64,000 nt of DNA, taken from assembly GCA_046727975.1 (NCBI GenBank), contig JBKPDR010000004.1, positions 47,819 through 111,818 of the forward strand, written 5' to 3'. A program made the translations under genes and the position numbers. The notes beneath the pieces were generated by a model. The model ran no database searches and was not told the origin of the DNA. It saw nothing but the letters and a program-made list of their open reading frames with translations. Position 1 is the first letter of the stretch. The number at the start of each line of letters is the position of its first letter. Positions 1 through 8,499 of this stretch are shown here, one piece after another. Source of the DNA: Actinomycetota bacterium. GTDB taxonomy: Bacteria; Actinomycetota; Thermoleophilia; Gaiellales; Gaiellaceae.

Positions 1-5
1 AGTGT

Positions 6-719
6 TCATGCCGTCCTTTCCAGTTGCGTGTCCTCGTGGATGCCGCACTCGAGCTTGTCCGAGCCCGCCCAGCGCCCCGCACGCTCCTCCTCGTCGGGTC
101 GCGTGGGCCGGGTGCAGGGAATGCAGCCGATCGAACGGTACCCGGCCTCGTGCAGCGGGTTGAAGGGGATGTCGTTGACCTGGACGTAGGCCCAGACGCG
201 CTTCTCGTCCCAGTCTGCGAGCGGGTGGATCTTGAACACCCCGTAGCGCTCGGACCACTCGATCTTCGGCGTCTCCGCGCGGCTCGGCGACTGGTCGCGG
301 CGAATGCCGGAGATCCAGGCATCGTATGGCTCGAGCGCGCGGACGAGCGGCTCGACCTTGCGGATGTGGCAGCAGCGGTCCGGATCGCGCTCCCACAGGT
401 TGGGACCCTCGGCTCGATGCTGCTCCGCGACTGTCGGTATCTCGGGCTGGATCAGCTTGAGCGTGTACTTCTCGACGAGCCGGTCACGAGTCTCGTAGGA
501 CTCTCGGAAGAAGAGATGCGTGTCGAGCTCGACGGTGTCCATCCGCAGCCCGAGCTCCGCGACCATGTGCACGAGTACGGACGACTGCTTTTGCCACGAG
601 CAGGTCAGGCAGAGACGCGGCCAGAAGAAGCTGTGGGCCCAGGAGATCAGCTCCTCGGCCCTCATGGCTTCGAAATCCAGGTCAGGAAGCCGGGGCTGGC
701 TCGACAGTGGCAGAGCCAA
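6..719 (-). CDS. cysH: Adenylylsulfate (APS)/PAPS reductase, Fe-S type
   Basis: ORF track 6..719 (237 aa). Motifs DRCCHIRK and GCIPCT (cluster cysteines of APS-type reductases) plus C-terminal ECGIH. Start is TTG at 719 with GAAGGAGG about 6 nt upstream. Overlaps the comA 3' end by 38 nt. An ATG at 9..7 overlaps the cysH stop (ATGA), so the operon probably continues off-window. Confidence 0.9.
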   Translation of the reverse strand: MALPLSSQPRLPDLDFEAMRAEELISWAHSFFWPRLCLTCSWQKQSSVLVHMVAELGLRMDTVELDTHLFFRESYETRDRLVEKYTLKLIQPEIPTVAEQHRAEGPNLWERDPDRCCHIRKVEPLVRALEPYDAWISGIRRDQSPSRAETPKIEWSERYGVFKIHPLADWDEKRVWAYVQVNDIPFNPLHEAGYRSIGCIPCTRPTRPDEEERAGRWAGSDKLECGIHEDTQLERTA

Positions 720-1485
720 GGAGCACCTCCTTCAGCGTGTCGCCGCGGAGCCCGAGCCTGAGCGTCTCGAGCGCGATGACCTCGTCGGGTGGGATGTTCC
801 CGAGGTTGACCTCCGGGCCGAAGTGCTTCACGAACCAGGCCTGGGAGTCCTTGGTCGGCGCCTCCCAGATCAGGTCGTGGAAGCTGAGCGAGTGCTCGAT
901 CTCGTCGACGAGGCCCGTCCGAAGCTCACCGGTCGGGCGATAGATGCCCGCGGTGCCCCCTTCGCGCCCCTCCGCGATCACCTTCCAGGCGCCTGCCTCG
1001 AGCTCCTCGCGCATCCACTGCACCCACAGATAGGGGGCGATGTTGACGTCCGCGTCCTTCGAGCCGACCTCGGAGAGCACGACGAAGTCCTGCGCGAACT
1101 CCGCGATCAGCTCCAGCTTCCGGTCGCGCGGGATCTCGAGAGTCCCGTCCGAGATCTCGACGTGCGAGAAGCGGAAGTGCTCGAGCCACCGCTTGAAGTC
1201 CTCGACCTTGTCCTGCCCGTAGACGGCCTCGAAGAGGGTTCCGCCACACACGACGGGCGTCCCGAACGAGCGGTAGAGCGCGATCTTCTTCTCCAGGTTG
1301 TTCGTGACGTAGCTCGTGCCCCAGCCGAGCTTCACGATGTCGACGTACTCGCCGGCGGTATCGAAGAGACCTTCGATCTCGCGCAGGTTGAGGCCCTTGT
1401 CGATGACATGGGTCAGCCCGCGCGAGCGCGGCTTCCCCTCACGCGTCGGAATGTCGAGGAACGAGCTCACCTCAGAGTCGTGCAT
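682..1485 (-). CDS. comA: (2R)-phospho-3-sulfolactate synthase (ComA/YitD family)
   Basis: ORF 682..1485 (267 aa), ATG at 1485. Full-length resemblance to the phosphosulfolactate synthase family (DIVKLGWGTS, VEISDGT, SEVGSKD blocks). Overlaps the upstream hydro-lyase beta gene by 14 nt. Confidence 0.88.
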   Translation of the reverse strand: MHDSEVSSFLDIPTREGKPRSRGLTHVIDKGLNLREIEGLFDTAGEYVDIVKLGWGTSYVTNNLEKKIALYRSFGTPVVCGGTLFEAVYGQDKVEDFKRWLEHFRFSHVEISDGTLEIPRDRKLELIAEFAQDFVVLSEVGSKDADVNIAPYLWVQWMREELEAGAWKVIAEGREGGTAGIYRPTGELRTGLVDEIEHSLSFHDLIWEAPTKDSQAWFVKHFGPEVNLGNIPPDEVIALETLRLGLRGDTLKEVLLGSATVEPAPAS

Positions 1486-2059
1486 AGATGTCCTCCAGCT
1501 TCTTGCGCGCGCGCTCCTGCACGTCGCGATAGAGCGAGTTCCCGTGAGCGTCGATGCCGACGGTGAGTGGGCCGAAGTCCTTCACGCGGAACTTCCAGAG
1601 GCACTCGGGCATGAGCTCCTCCCAGGCGACCTCCTCGATCTCTTCGATCTGGGTCGTCTCGAGAGCAGCGGCGCCGCCGACGATCGCGAAGTAGACCATT
1701 CCGAGCCGCTGCATCGGTTGGATCGCCTCGTCCGGGAAGCCTCCTTTGCCACAGATCGCGCGGACGCCGTACGTCTCGCCGAGACCCTCGGTGAAGCGCA
1801 CCATGCGGGCGCTCGTGGTCGTCCCGATGCAGACCTTCTCGTACCGGCCGGGGCCGAGCTTGCGAACGCCGGGCGCCGTGTGCAGAAGAAACGCCCCGCT
1901 GAGATCCATGGGCGGCTCCACGCCCTGGTCGAAGATGCGGATCTGGGTCCGGTCGCGGATCCCGATGATGTGGCCCTGGACGACGACCTCGTCACCCGCG
2001 TGCAGCTTCAGGATCTCGGCGGGGTCCGTGATCGGGAAGGTGACCTCGTGCGTGGCCAT
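1472..2059 (-). CDS. Fe-S hydro-lyase beta subunit (class I fumarase C-terminal / tartrate dehydratase beta type)
   Basis: Internal ATG at 2059 of ORF 1472..2515 (MATHEVTFPI...). The upstream 152 codons of the ORF are Arg/Gly-rich GC artefact. CGKGG and VGGAAAL blocks are typical of the family. TAATG junction with the alpha subunit stop. Confidence 0.85.
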   Translation of the reverse strand: MATHEVTFPITDPAEILKLHAGDEVVVQGHIIGIRDRTQIRIFDQGVEPPMDLSGAFLLHTAPGVRKLGPGRYEKVCIGTTTSARMVRFTEGLGETYGVRAICGKGGFPDEAIQPMQRLGMVYFAIVGGAAALETTQIEEIEEVAWEELMPECLWKFRVKDFGPLTVGIDAHGNSLYRDVQERARKKLEDIYARL

Positions 2060-2955
2060 TACGCGTCCCTCTCGTATGAGATCGAACCGTCCGCCGCGAC
2101 GTGCGCCGAGGCGCGCCGTGCCGCCCAGCACTGGTAGTTGACCGCAACCGGGTTGAGGGTCATGTGCGTGTCCGCGTGCTCGACGTGGACCGAGAGGACG
2201 GTGACGTCGCCGCCCAAGCCCATCGGTCCCACCCCCGTCTCGTTCAACAGCGCAAACAGGTCCTCCTCGAGCTTCGCGACCTCCGGATCGGAGTTGCGCG
2301 TGCCGACGGGCCTCGCAATCGCCTCCTTCGCGAGGTGCATGGCGTAGTCGGCGGAACCACCGATCCCGACGCCGACGATCCCCGGCGGGCACGGCTTCCC
2401 GCCCGCGCCGACTATCGACTCGAGGACGAACTGCTTGATGCCGCGGACACCGTCGGCCGGGACGCACATCTTGAGGAAGCTCATGTTCTCGGAGCCCGAG
2501 CCCTTGGGAACGCACTTCACGTCGAGGCCGTCCCAGTCGGGCACGAACTCCCAGTGCACGATGGGTACGCGGAACCCGACGTTCTGACCCGTGTTCTCGC
2601 GGGTCAGCGTGTGCACGGTGTTCGAGCGCAGCGGATGCTCGACCGTCGCGCGCTCCGTGCCGGCCTTGAGCGCCTCGTAGATGCGCGCCGGATGCAGCGG
2701 GAAGCCCTCGCCGACCCGGCAGTAGTAGACGGCGATGCCCGTGTCCTGGCAGACGAGGTTCTGCTCATCCTCCGCAACGTTCACGTTCCGGAGGATCGTC
2801 TGCAGAACTCTCTGGCCCGTGACCGAGGTCTCGGTCGTCGCCGCGTTCGCCAGCGCGTCCCTCAGGTCTTTGGGGATGTCCATGAGCGCCCAGACGTACA
2901 GGTGGGCTGCGGCGTCCTCGACAGCCTGCCGGAGATCCGTCGCAAGAACGCTCAA
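2059..2955 (-). CDS. Fe-S hydro-lyase alpha subunit (class I fumarase N-terminal / tartrate dehydratase alpha type)
   Basis: ORF 2059..2955 (298 aa). Blocks VCQDTGIAV, KGSGSEN and PCPPGIVGVGIGG match the 4Fe-4S hydro-lyase catalytic subunit. 4-nt overlap with the ankyrin gene. Confidence 0.85.
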   Translation of the reverse strand: MSVLATDLRQAVEDAAAHLYVWALMDIPKDLRDALANAATTETSVTGQRVLQTILRNVNVAEDEQNLVCQDTGIAVYYCRVGEGFPLHPARIYEALKAGTERATVEHPLRSNTVHTLTRENTGQNVGFRVPIVHWEFVPDWDGLDVKCVPKGSGSENMSFLKMCVPADGVRGIKQFVLESIVGAGGKPCPPGIVGVGIGGSADYAMHLAKEAIARPVGTRNSDPEVAKLEEDLFALLNETGVGPMGLGGDVTVLSVHVEHADTHMTLNPVAVNYQCWAARRASAHVAADGSISYERDA

Positions 2956-3359
2956 CCTGCGACCTCCGTCGCCTCGAGCAGCTCGAGCACCGCTCGTGCG
3001 TCATCGCCTCCCGCACGCGCGTGCTCCACGAGCGGGATGCCGTGCGGCCCTTTCGCGTCGTGCATCTCCGGAAAGTCCGAGAGCACGGCGCTGACGATGT
3101 CGAAGTAGCCCAGCATCGCGGCCGCGAAGAGGTCGAGTCGCGCTCCGTGCTCGAGCAGGAGCAGGGCAATCTGACGCCGCCCCATGTGTGACGCCGCCCC
3201 GAGGGCGGTCTCCCAGTCGCCGCCGCCCCAGTCCCAGGCGGCGTTCACGAGTGCAGGCTCCTCCCCGAGCAGCTCGCGGACGGCCTCGAGGTCGCCGTGG
3301 GCGTTGGCTACGAACGCTTGAACCTTCTCGGGATCGAGTCGTGCCGGCGTGTCGCTCAT
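2952..3359 (-). CDS. Ankyrin-repeat protein (135 aa)
   Basis: Internal ATG at 3359 (MSDTPARLDPEKV...) of ORF 2952..3851. Repeated ...G.TALGAASHMGRRQIALLLLEHGA.../...AAMLGYFDIVSAVL... helix-turn-helix ankyrin pattern. ATGA overlaps on both sides. Confidence 0.72.
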   Translation of the reverse strand: MSDTPARLDPEKVQAFVANAHGDLEAVRELLGEEPALVNAAWDWGGGDWETALGAASHMGRRQIALLLLEHGARLDLFAAAMLGYFDIVSAVLSDFPEMHDAKGPHGIPLVEHARAGGDDARAVLELLEATEVAG

Positions 3360-4570
3360 GCTGCGCTCCTCTCTGCCGCAGCCTTGCCCGCTCGTCGTCC
3401 GAACACCGTGCACTCCAGGAGTGAGTTCCCCATCATCCGGTTCCGGCCGTGCGTACCGCCGGCGATCTCGCCGCAAGCGAACACGCCCTCGAGCGTCGTT
3501 TCCGCGTGCTCGTCGATGACGAGCCCGCCGTTCTGGTAGTGGAGCACCGGATAGGTGTAGATCTTCTCCTGGAGCGGGTCGATTCCCCCATTTCGGTACC
3601 GGCGAAGCATGTACGGGAGCGAGATCTGCGCATCCGCGACGGGAATCCTCGTTGTGTCGAGCCAGACCGCGGGACGTCCGCCCGGAGTGCGCACTCCCTT
3701 GCCCTTCTCGACCTCGTCGAAAATCGCCTGGGACACCGCGTCGCGCGGACCCAGGGAGTCCGTGAACTCGTCGCCGTCCACGTTCAGGAGGACGGCTCCG
3801 TACGCGCGCGTCGTCTCGGGGATCGAGTAGCCCTGCATCGTGTCGGGCCACGCGCCTCCATTCGGGTGGTACTGGAGCGCGTCGAGATCGCGCGCCTCGG
3901 CGCCCGCCTCGAGCGCGATGCGCGTGGTCTCACCGGTCGCGTTCGGGTGATTCGTCGACAGCTCGCCTCGCGCTTTCGCCTCTCGATAGCAGCGACCGCC
4001 GGCCGCAAGCACCACGGTGCCCGCGGCAATGTCCACGAGACCCAGCTTCGTCTCGAAGGTCGCGGTCCAGCCATGCTCGACCGGCTCGAGCACAGCCAGT
4101 GCGTGATGCGGCAGCACCGTCCCGGTACCGCCTTCGAACGCCTCGCGGAGCGACTTCGTGATCGCGTGGCCCGTGCGATCGCCCACTTGCAGAAGCCGCT
4201 TGCGGCTCGCTCCGCCACAGCGCGCGAGGCGATAGCCCCCGTTCGAGCGCGTGAACTCGACGCCGAGCGCTTCGAGCCAATGGATCGCCGACGGCGCCTC
4301 GCCCGTCAGCGTCTCGACGAGGCGCGGGTTCGCCGTGCCGTGCGAGCTTCGCATGACGTCTTGGGCGTGCACCTCGGGGGAGTCGTCGTCGCCGAATGCG
4401 GCCTGGATGCCGCCCTGGGCCTTGGCGGAGTTGCAGGCCTGAAGGGTGGTCTTCGTGGCGAGACCCACCCGGGCTCCCGCTCGCTCGGCGGAAACCGCGG
4501 CCGCAAGGCCGGCGGCACCGCTACCGACCACGAGCACGTCGAAGGAGGCCTCGGTTGGCACGACCCGCAT
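3356..4570 (-). CDS. FAD-dependent oxidoreductase, fumarate reductase/succinate dehydrogenase/L-aspartate oxidase flavoprotein-like (short form)
   Basis: ORF 3356..4603. Rossmann motif DVLVVGSGAAGLAAA, HYxxGG-type block (LHYQNGGL) and C-terminal ACGE..GG.HG.NR.G.NSL. The start is ambiguous: ATG at 4570, ATG at 4597 or TTG at 4603. Confidence 0.8.
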   Translation of the reverse strand: MRVVPTEASFDVLVVGSGAAGLAAAVSAERAGARVGLATKTTLQACNSAKAQGGIQAAFGDDDSPEVHAQDVMRSSHGTANPRLVETLTGEAPSAIHWLEALGVEFTRSNGGYRLARCGGASRKRLLQVGDRTGHAITKSLREAFEGGTGTVLPHHALAVLEPVEHGWTATFETKLGLVDIAAGTVVLAAGGRCYREAKARGELSTNHPNATGETTRIALEAGAEARDLDALQYHPNGGAWPDTMQGYSIPETTRAYGAVLLNVDGDEFTDSLGPRDAVSQAIFDEVEKGKGVRTPGGRPAVWLDTTRIPVADAQISLPYMLRRYRNGGIDPLQEKIYTYPVLHYQNGGLVIDEHAETTLEGVFACGEIAGGTHGRNRMMGNSLLECTVFGRRAGKAAAERSAA

Positions 4571-4668
4571 CCTAGCGCACTTTCTTATCCGCGTCATTAT
4601 CAATGTTTATTCGATGCTTCACCGCTTCGCCACATGCGCCCGCCCCCGGAAGCGGCTAGACTCGCCAA

Positions 4669-5076
4669 ATGACCACCCTCGCGGACATCGTCAAGCCCAA
4701 CTTCCTGACCGTCGCCCCCGAGGACACGCTCGGCGAGGTCGCCGAGCGGATGACCCGCGAGAACGTCGGCGCCGTGATCGTCAAGGACTACGGGCGCCTG
4801 ATCGGGATCTTGACCGAGCGCGACATGCTGCACGCGATGGCGGCCCGGGTGCATACGAGCGACGCCCGTGTCCGACAGTGGATGACCGCGGATCCGATCA
4901 CCGTGTCCGTGGACACGGAGCTCGACGACGCCGCGAAGATCATGCTCGACAACGGGTTCCGCCACCTGCCGGTGGTCGACGGCGAGACCGTCCGCGGCGT
5001 GGTCAGCCTGCGGCGGGTTCTCGGCGGCCGCCGCCGACCGGCGCCCGAGCCGGCTCCTGCTCCCGAAGCCGCGTAG
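4669..5076 (+). CDS. CBS-pair domain protein
   Basis: ORF 4669..5076 (135 aa). Two CBS repeats (...VGAVIV.D.GRLIGILTERD... and ...FRHLPVVDGETVRGVVSLRRV...). Confidence 0.85.
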   Translation: MTTLADIVKPNFLTVAPEDTLGEVAERMTRENVGAVIVKDYGRLIGILTERDMLHAMAARVHTSDARVRQWMTADPITVSVDTELDDAAKIMLDNGFRHLPVVDGETVRGVVSLRRVLGGRRRPAPEPAPAPEAA

Positions 5077-5082
5077 CGCCGC

Positions 5083-5535
5083 TCAGCTGCAGGCGGAGGC
5101 GATTCCGCGCACGAGCGTGGCCGCGGCGGTCGTCAAGCTCACGTGGACCCGTCGCAGCTGGCGAACGAGCTTCGCGTTCTTCCGAATCTCGACGAGTGCC
5201 TCGCGCTCGGTGTCGTCACGCTGAGTCCTCGCGAAGAGGCACGAGAGCGCGCTCTTCTTGCCGCCGATCCAGCCAACGGTGTACAGGTACTTGAGCACCG
5301 GCTTCTTGTACGGCGCCTGCCTGTAGACCGCGCGGGCCTCTCCGGGCGGGACCTTCTGGGCGCGCGCACCCGCGCTGACGGCGGTCAAGGCCGTGCCGTT
5401 CGACGTCGGAAGCGCCGCGAGCCTCTGGCCGAACGAGCCGCTTATGGTCGATACGAGCACCCCAATCGCCGCCACCACGCTCGCGTATTCGACGATCACC
5501 GACCCATCGTCCGCTTCCACGAGAGGGCCCGTCAA
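5083..5535 (-). CDS. Flp/Fap-type pilin-like protein with long C-terminal extension
   Basis: ORF 5083..5580. Contains the Flp prepilin signature G/xxxxEY (DDG-SVIV-EY) followed by a hydrophobic helix ASVVAAIGVLVSTI. I prefer the TTG at 5535, which avoids a 41-nt overlap with the upstream gene. The GTG at 5580 is the alternative. Confidence 0.45.
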   Translation of the reverse strand: MTGPLVEADDGSVIVEYASVVAAIGVLVSTISGSFGQRLAALPTSNGTALTAVSAGARAQKVPPGEARAVYRQAPYKKPVLKYLYTVGWIGGKKSALSCLFARTQRDDTEREALVEIRKNAKLVRQLRRVHVSLTTAAATLVRGIASACS

Positions 5536-5539
5536 GCCC

Positions 5540-6499
5540 CTACCAGACGGAACGGAGGAGCTCTCCGATGTCTCGAGCACTCGCCGGGCGGGGATTCGCC
5601 CGCGCGCCGGGCCGCACCGCGACGGCCTCCGCGAGCTCGGCCAGCTCGTCCTCGGGGACGCCGAAGTCGCGCAACCGTTCGAATCCCCCGAGACGCGCGA
5701 GATCGGCGACTCGCGAGGCAGGATCGTCGGTGCCGAGCGCTCCTCCGAGCTGTTCGATCGCGCCTGGAACCGCGGGCTCGTTGAAGCGGAGCGCGGGCGG
5801 GAGGCAGATAGCGTTCATCGCCCCGTGCGGCAAGCCGTAGCGGCCGCCGAGCGCCTGCGCCATCGCATGCGCGAGGTAGAGACCTTGCTCAGACACGGCC
5901 CGGCCGGCGTGCATAGCTCCCCGGAGCAGCGCGGTGCGCGCCGCGAAGTCCGTTCCGTCCTCGACGACGCGCGGCAGCCAGCGGCAGATCAGCCGCGCAC
6001 CTTCGACTGCGTCTGCGGAATCTCCCGGGTACAACGCCTCGGCGCAGTGGGCGAGCGCGTTCAGCGCCGTTCCGACGGTCTCCGCGCGCGGAAGGTCGAG
6101 CGTGAGGGAGGGCTCGTACACGATCGCCTCGGTTCTCGCTCCGGAGCCGCCGGCCTTCACACGCCGCTTCTCGTCTCGAGAGCCGAAGTACGAGGTCCAC
6201 TCCGCCCCGGCGTAGGTCGTCGGAACAGCGACGAGTCGCAAGCCGGTTGCGGCGGAAGCCGCCTTCGCGGTGTCGATCGCGCTCCCGCCGCCGAGGCCGA
6301 CGAGCCCGTCGGCGACTCGCGCCGCAGCCACCGCCGCGGAGACCACGTCGAGCGGGGCATGGCGTCGGACGCCGGTGAAGCGCGAGCCGACCGGCAGGTC
6401 GAGAGCCGCAAACCTCTTGCTCGTCACGAGTAGCGGCTGTTCGCTCCCGAGCTCTCTCAGCACCGGCTCCAGCTCGGCGAGGCCCCAGCGAACGATCAC
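5540..6499 (-). CDS. Iron-containing alcohol dehydrogenase family (maleylacetate reductase-like)
   Basis: ORF 5540..6499 (319 aa). GLGGGSAIDTAK glycine-rich motif and the AHxxxxxxGxPHG metal-binding region. 4-nt overlap with the lysR-type gene upstream. Confidence 0.8.
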   Translation of the reverse strand: MIVRWGLAELEPVLRELGSEQPLLVTSKRFAALDLPVGSRFTGVRRHAPLDVVSAAVAAARVADGLVGLGGGSAIDTAKAASAATGLRLVAVPTTYAGAEWTSYFGSRDEKRRVKAGGSGARTEAIVYEPSLTLDLPRAETVGTALNALAHCAEALYPGDSADAVEGARLICRWLPRVVEDGTDFAARTALLRGAMHAGRAVSEQGLYLAHAMAQALGGRYGLPHGAMNAICLPPALRFNEPAVPGAIEQLGGALGTDDPASRVADLARLGGFERLRDFGVPEDELAELAEAVAVRPGARANPRPASARDIGELLRSVW

Positions 6500-7392
6500 G
6501 CGGCGAGCCGTGCGTGCGCGAAGCCCACGAAGGCGTCGGCGACACGTGTGCGTGGACGTCCGACCGCGCTGGCGAGAGAGATCACGCGCGACGCCTCGAG
6601 CCCGTGCACACGCGCCTCCGCAAGGCGCCCGGCCTCGAGATCGGCCTCGACTGCGTTCCGGGAGATGAACGTCACGCCGTACCCGGCCTCGACCGCTCTC
6701 CGCACGGACTCCTGCAGCCCGAGCTCGAGCCGCACATCGAGGTCGCGCAGGCGAACGCCGCGCTTGCGGAGCGCGTCCTCGACGATCTGGCGCACTCCCG
6801 CCCCCTCCTGCATCAGGATGAGCGTCTCGTCACGCAGTTCGTCGAGCGACACCGTTCGATCGGCGAAGCGGTGCCCGGCCGGACAGACGAGGATCACCTG
6901 GTCCGCGAAGAACGGCTCGAAGCGGACGCCGCGCTGCCGGCGGGCGGCTCCGACGATCCCGAGCTCGAGCTCTCTCGCACCGACGGCCTCGACGACGCTC
7001 TGGGTATCGGACACGGTCAGGACCACGTGAACCCCCGGGTTCTCGCGTTGAAACTCACAGAGGAGAAGTGGCACCACGATCGCCGCCGGCCCCGTCGAGG
7101 CGCCGATCTGAAGCTGTCCCTGCAACGCGCCCTCAGCGCTCGAGGCGACGTCCGACACGATCTGCTCCTCGAGCGAGAGCAGCTTCTGCGACCCGCGGTA
7201 CAGCCGCCAGCCTGCTTCGGTCGGCTCGACTCGCCTGCCGGAGCGATCGAGCAGCTGGGTTCCGAGCCGCTTCTCGAGCGCGCGTATCTGGAGCGAAACG
7301 GCGGGTTGCGTGACACCGAGCCGCTCGGCAGCCTGCGAGAAGCTCCTCCGCTCGACGACGGCGCAGAAGGCGGCAAGCTGGCGAGTGTCCAT
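6496..7392 (-). CDS. LysR-family transcriptional regulator
   Basis: Internal ATG at 7392 (MDTRQLAAFCAVVERRSFSQAAERLGVTQPAVSLQIRALE...) of ORF 6496..7605. Classic LysR wHTH N-terminus and substrate-binding domain. Confidence 0.9.
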   Translation of the reverse strand: MDTRQLAAFCAVVERRSFSQAAERLGVTQPAVSLQIRALEKRLGTQLLDRSGRRVEPTEAGWRLYRGSQKLLSLEEQIVSDVASSAEGALQGQLQIGASTGPAAIVVPLLLCEFQRENPGVHVVLTVSDTQSVVEAVGARELELGIVGAARRQRGVRFEPFFADQVILVCPAGHRFADRTVSLDELRDETLILMQEGAGVRQIVEDALRKRGVRLRDLDVRLELGLQESVRRAVEAGYGVTFISRNAVEADLEAGRLAEARVHGLEASRVISLASAVGRPRTRVADAFVGFAHARLAA

Positions 7393-7407
7393 ATAAGCAG
7401 AGCTTAT
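7393..7407. promoter_or_regulatory. LysR-type T-N11-A palindrome (ATAAGC-AGA-GCTTAT)
   Basis: Perfect inverted repeat directly abutting the lysR start, in the 39-nt divergent region with the DUF354 gene. Fits the T-N11-A LysR box. Confidence 0.5.
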
Positions 7408-7431
7408 CGCTGAGACGCTAGGGTCAGGCCG

Positions 7432-8469
7432 ATGCGGGTCTGGATCGACGTCTCCAACTCGCCACAGGTGCTCTTCCTCCGGCCGCTCATCGGCCTGCTC
7501 CTGCAGCGCGGCCACAGCGTCGAGGTGACGACGCGCGACTACGCGCAGACCGTCCAGCTCCTCGACCTGCACGGCATCCCCTATCAGGTCGTTGGTCCGC
7601 CCCACGGCGGAGCGCGCGCGTTGGGGAAGGGCCGCGCCATGGCCGGCCGCCTACGGGCGCTGCGGACCTTCGCAAGAGGACGCGCGTTCGACGTCGCGCT
7701 CTCACACGCGTCGCACGAGCTGCCTGTGGTCGCCCGGTCGCTCGGGGTCCCCTCGGCGTATGCCTTCGACTACGAGTTCGCGCGCGTCCAACACGGGCTC
7801 GGCTGCCGGGCGGCGCGGCGCGTCGTCGTCCCGGACACGATCCCGCAGGAGCGCCTCGACCGGCTCGGCGCCCGCGTCGCAAAGGTGCAGCGCTACCCGG
7901 GATTGAAGGAGGAGTACTACCTCTCGGGATTTCGGCCCGAGGAACGCGTGCTCGCGGAGCTCGGCCTCGACCGCGAGCGGGTGCTCGCCGTCGTGCGGAC
8001 GCCGCCGGACGTCTCGCTGTACCATCGCCACGGCAACCCGCTCTTCGCGGACCTTCTCCGGAGGCTCGGGACCGATCCGAAGGTGCAGGCCGTCGTTCTC
8101 CCGCGAACGACGGAGCAGCGGGAGGCGGTGCACGCGCTGGCACTGCCCGCGCTGGTCGTCCCAGAGCACGCGGTCGACGCCCAGAGCCTGATCGCTTTCT
8201 CGGATCTCGTCGTCTCGGCCGGCGGGACGATGAATCGCGAGGCAGTGGCGCTCGGTGTGCCCGTGTACACGACCTTTGCGGCCCGGGTCGGCGCCGTGGA
8301 CGAGGCGCTGATCGGTCAAGGTCGGCTCAAGCCGCTCGCCGCCGTGGACGATCTCGCGCTCGCCAAAAGGCCGGCGGATGCGCCGCCGCCCATGCGCGAT
8401 CCCGCATTGCTCCTCGACCTCCTGCTCTCGGCCCTCGACACGTCGCACGAAGCGTCTCTGTCTGGTTAA
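7432..8469 (+). CDS. DUF354-family protein (glycosyltransferase-like fold)
   Basis: ORF 7432..8469 (345 aa). N-terminus MRVWIDVSNSPQVLFLRPLI and C-terminal SAGGTMNREAA.LGVP resemble DUF354 / GT-B-like proteins. Confidence 0.65.
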   Translation: MRVWIDVSNSPQVLFLRPLIGLLLQRGHSVEVTTRDYAQTVQLLDLHGIPYQVVGPPHGGARALGKGRAMAGRLRALRTFARGRAFDVALSHASHELPVVARSLGVPSAYAFDYEFARVQHGLGCRAARRVVVPDTIPQERLDRLGARVAKVQRYPGLKEEYYLSGFRPEERVLAELGLDRERVLAVVRTPPDVSLYHRHGNPLFADLLRRLGTDPKVQAVVLPRTTEQREAVHALALPALVVPEHAVDAQSLIAFSDLVVSAGGTMNREAVALGVPVYTTFAARVGAVDEALIGQGRLKPLAAVDDLALAKRPADAPPPMRDPALLLDLLLSALDTSHEASLSG

Positions 8470-8499
8470 GGTCCTTCGGTCAGACAAGGGAGGGGAGAA

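Noticed and set aside
4571-4668. The AT-rich patch as a promoter with TAGGAT as the -10 element for the sulfonate operon
   Set aside because: The TAGGAT overlaps the preferred ATG (4570), so it cannot serve as the -10 for that start. No combination of -35, -10 and start codon was convincing enough to report coordinates.
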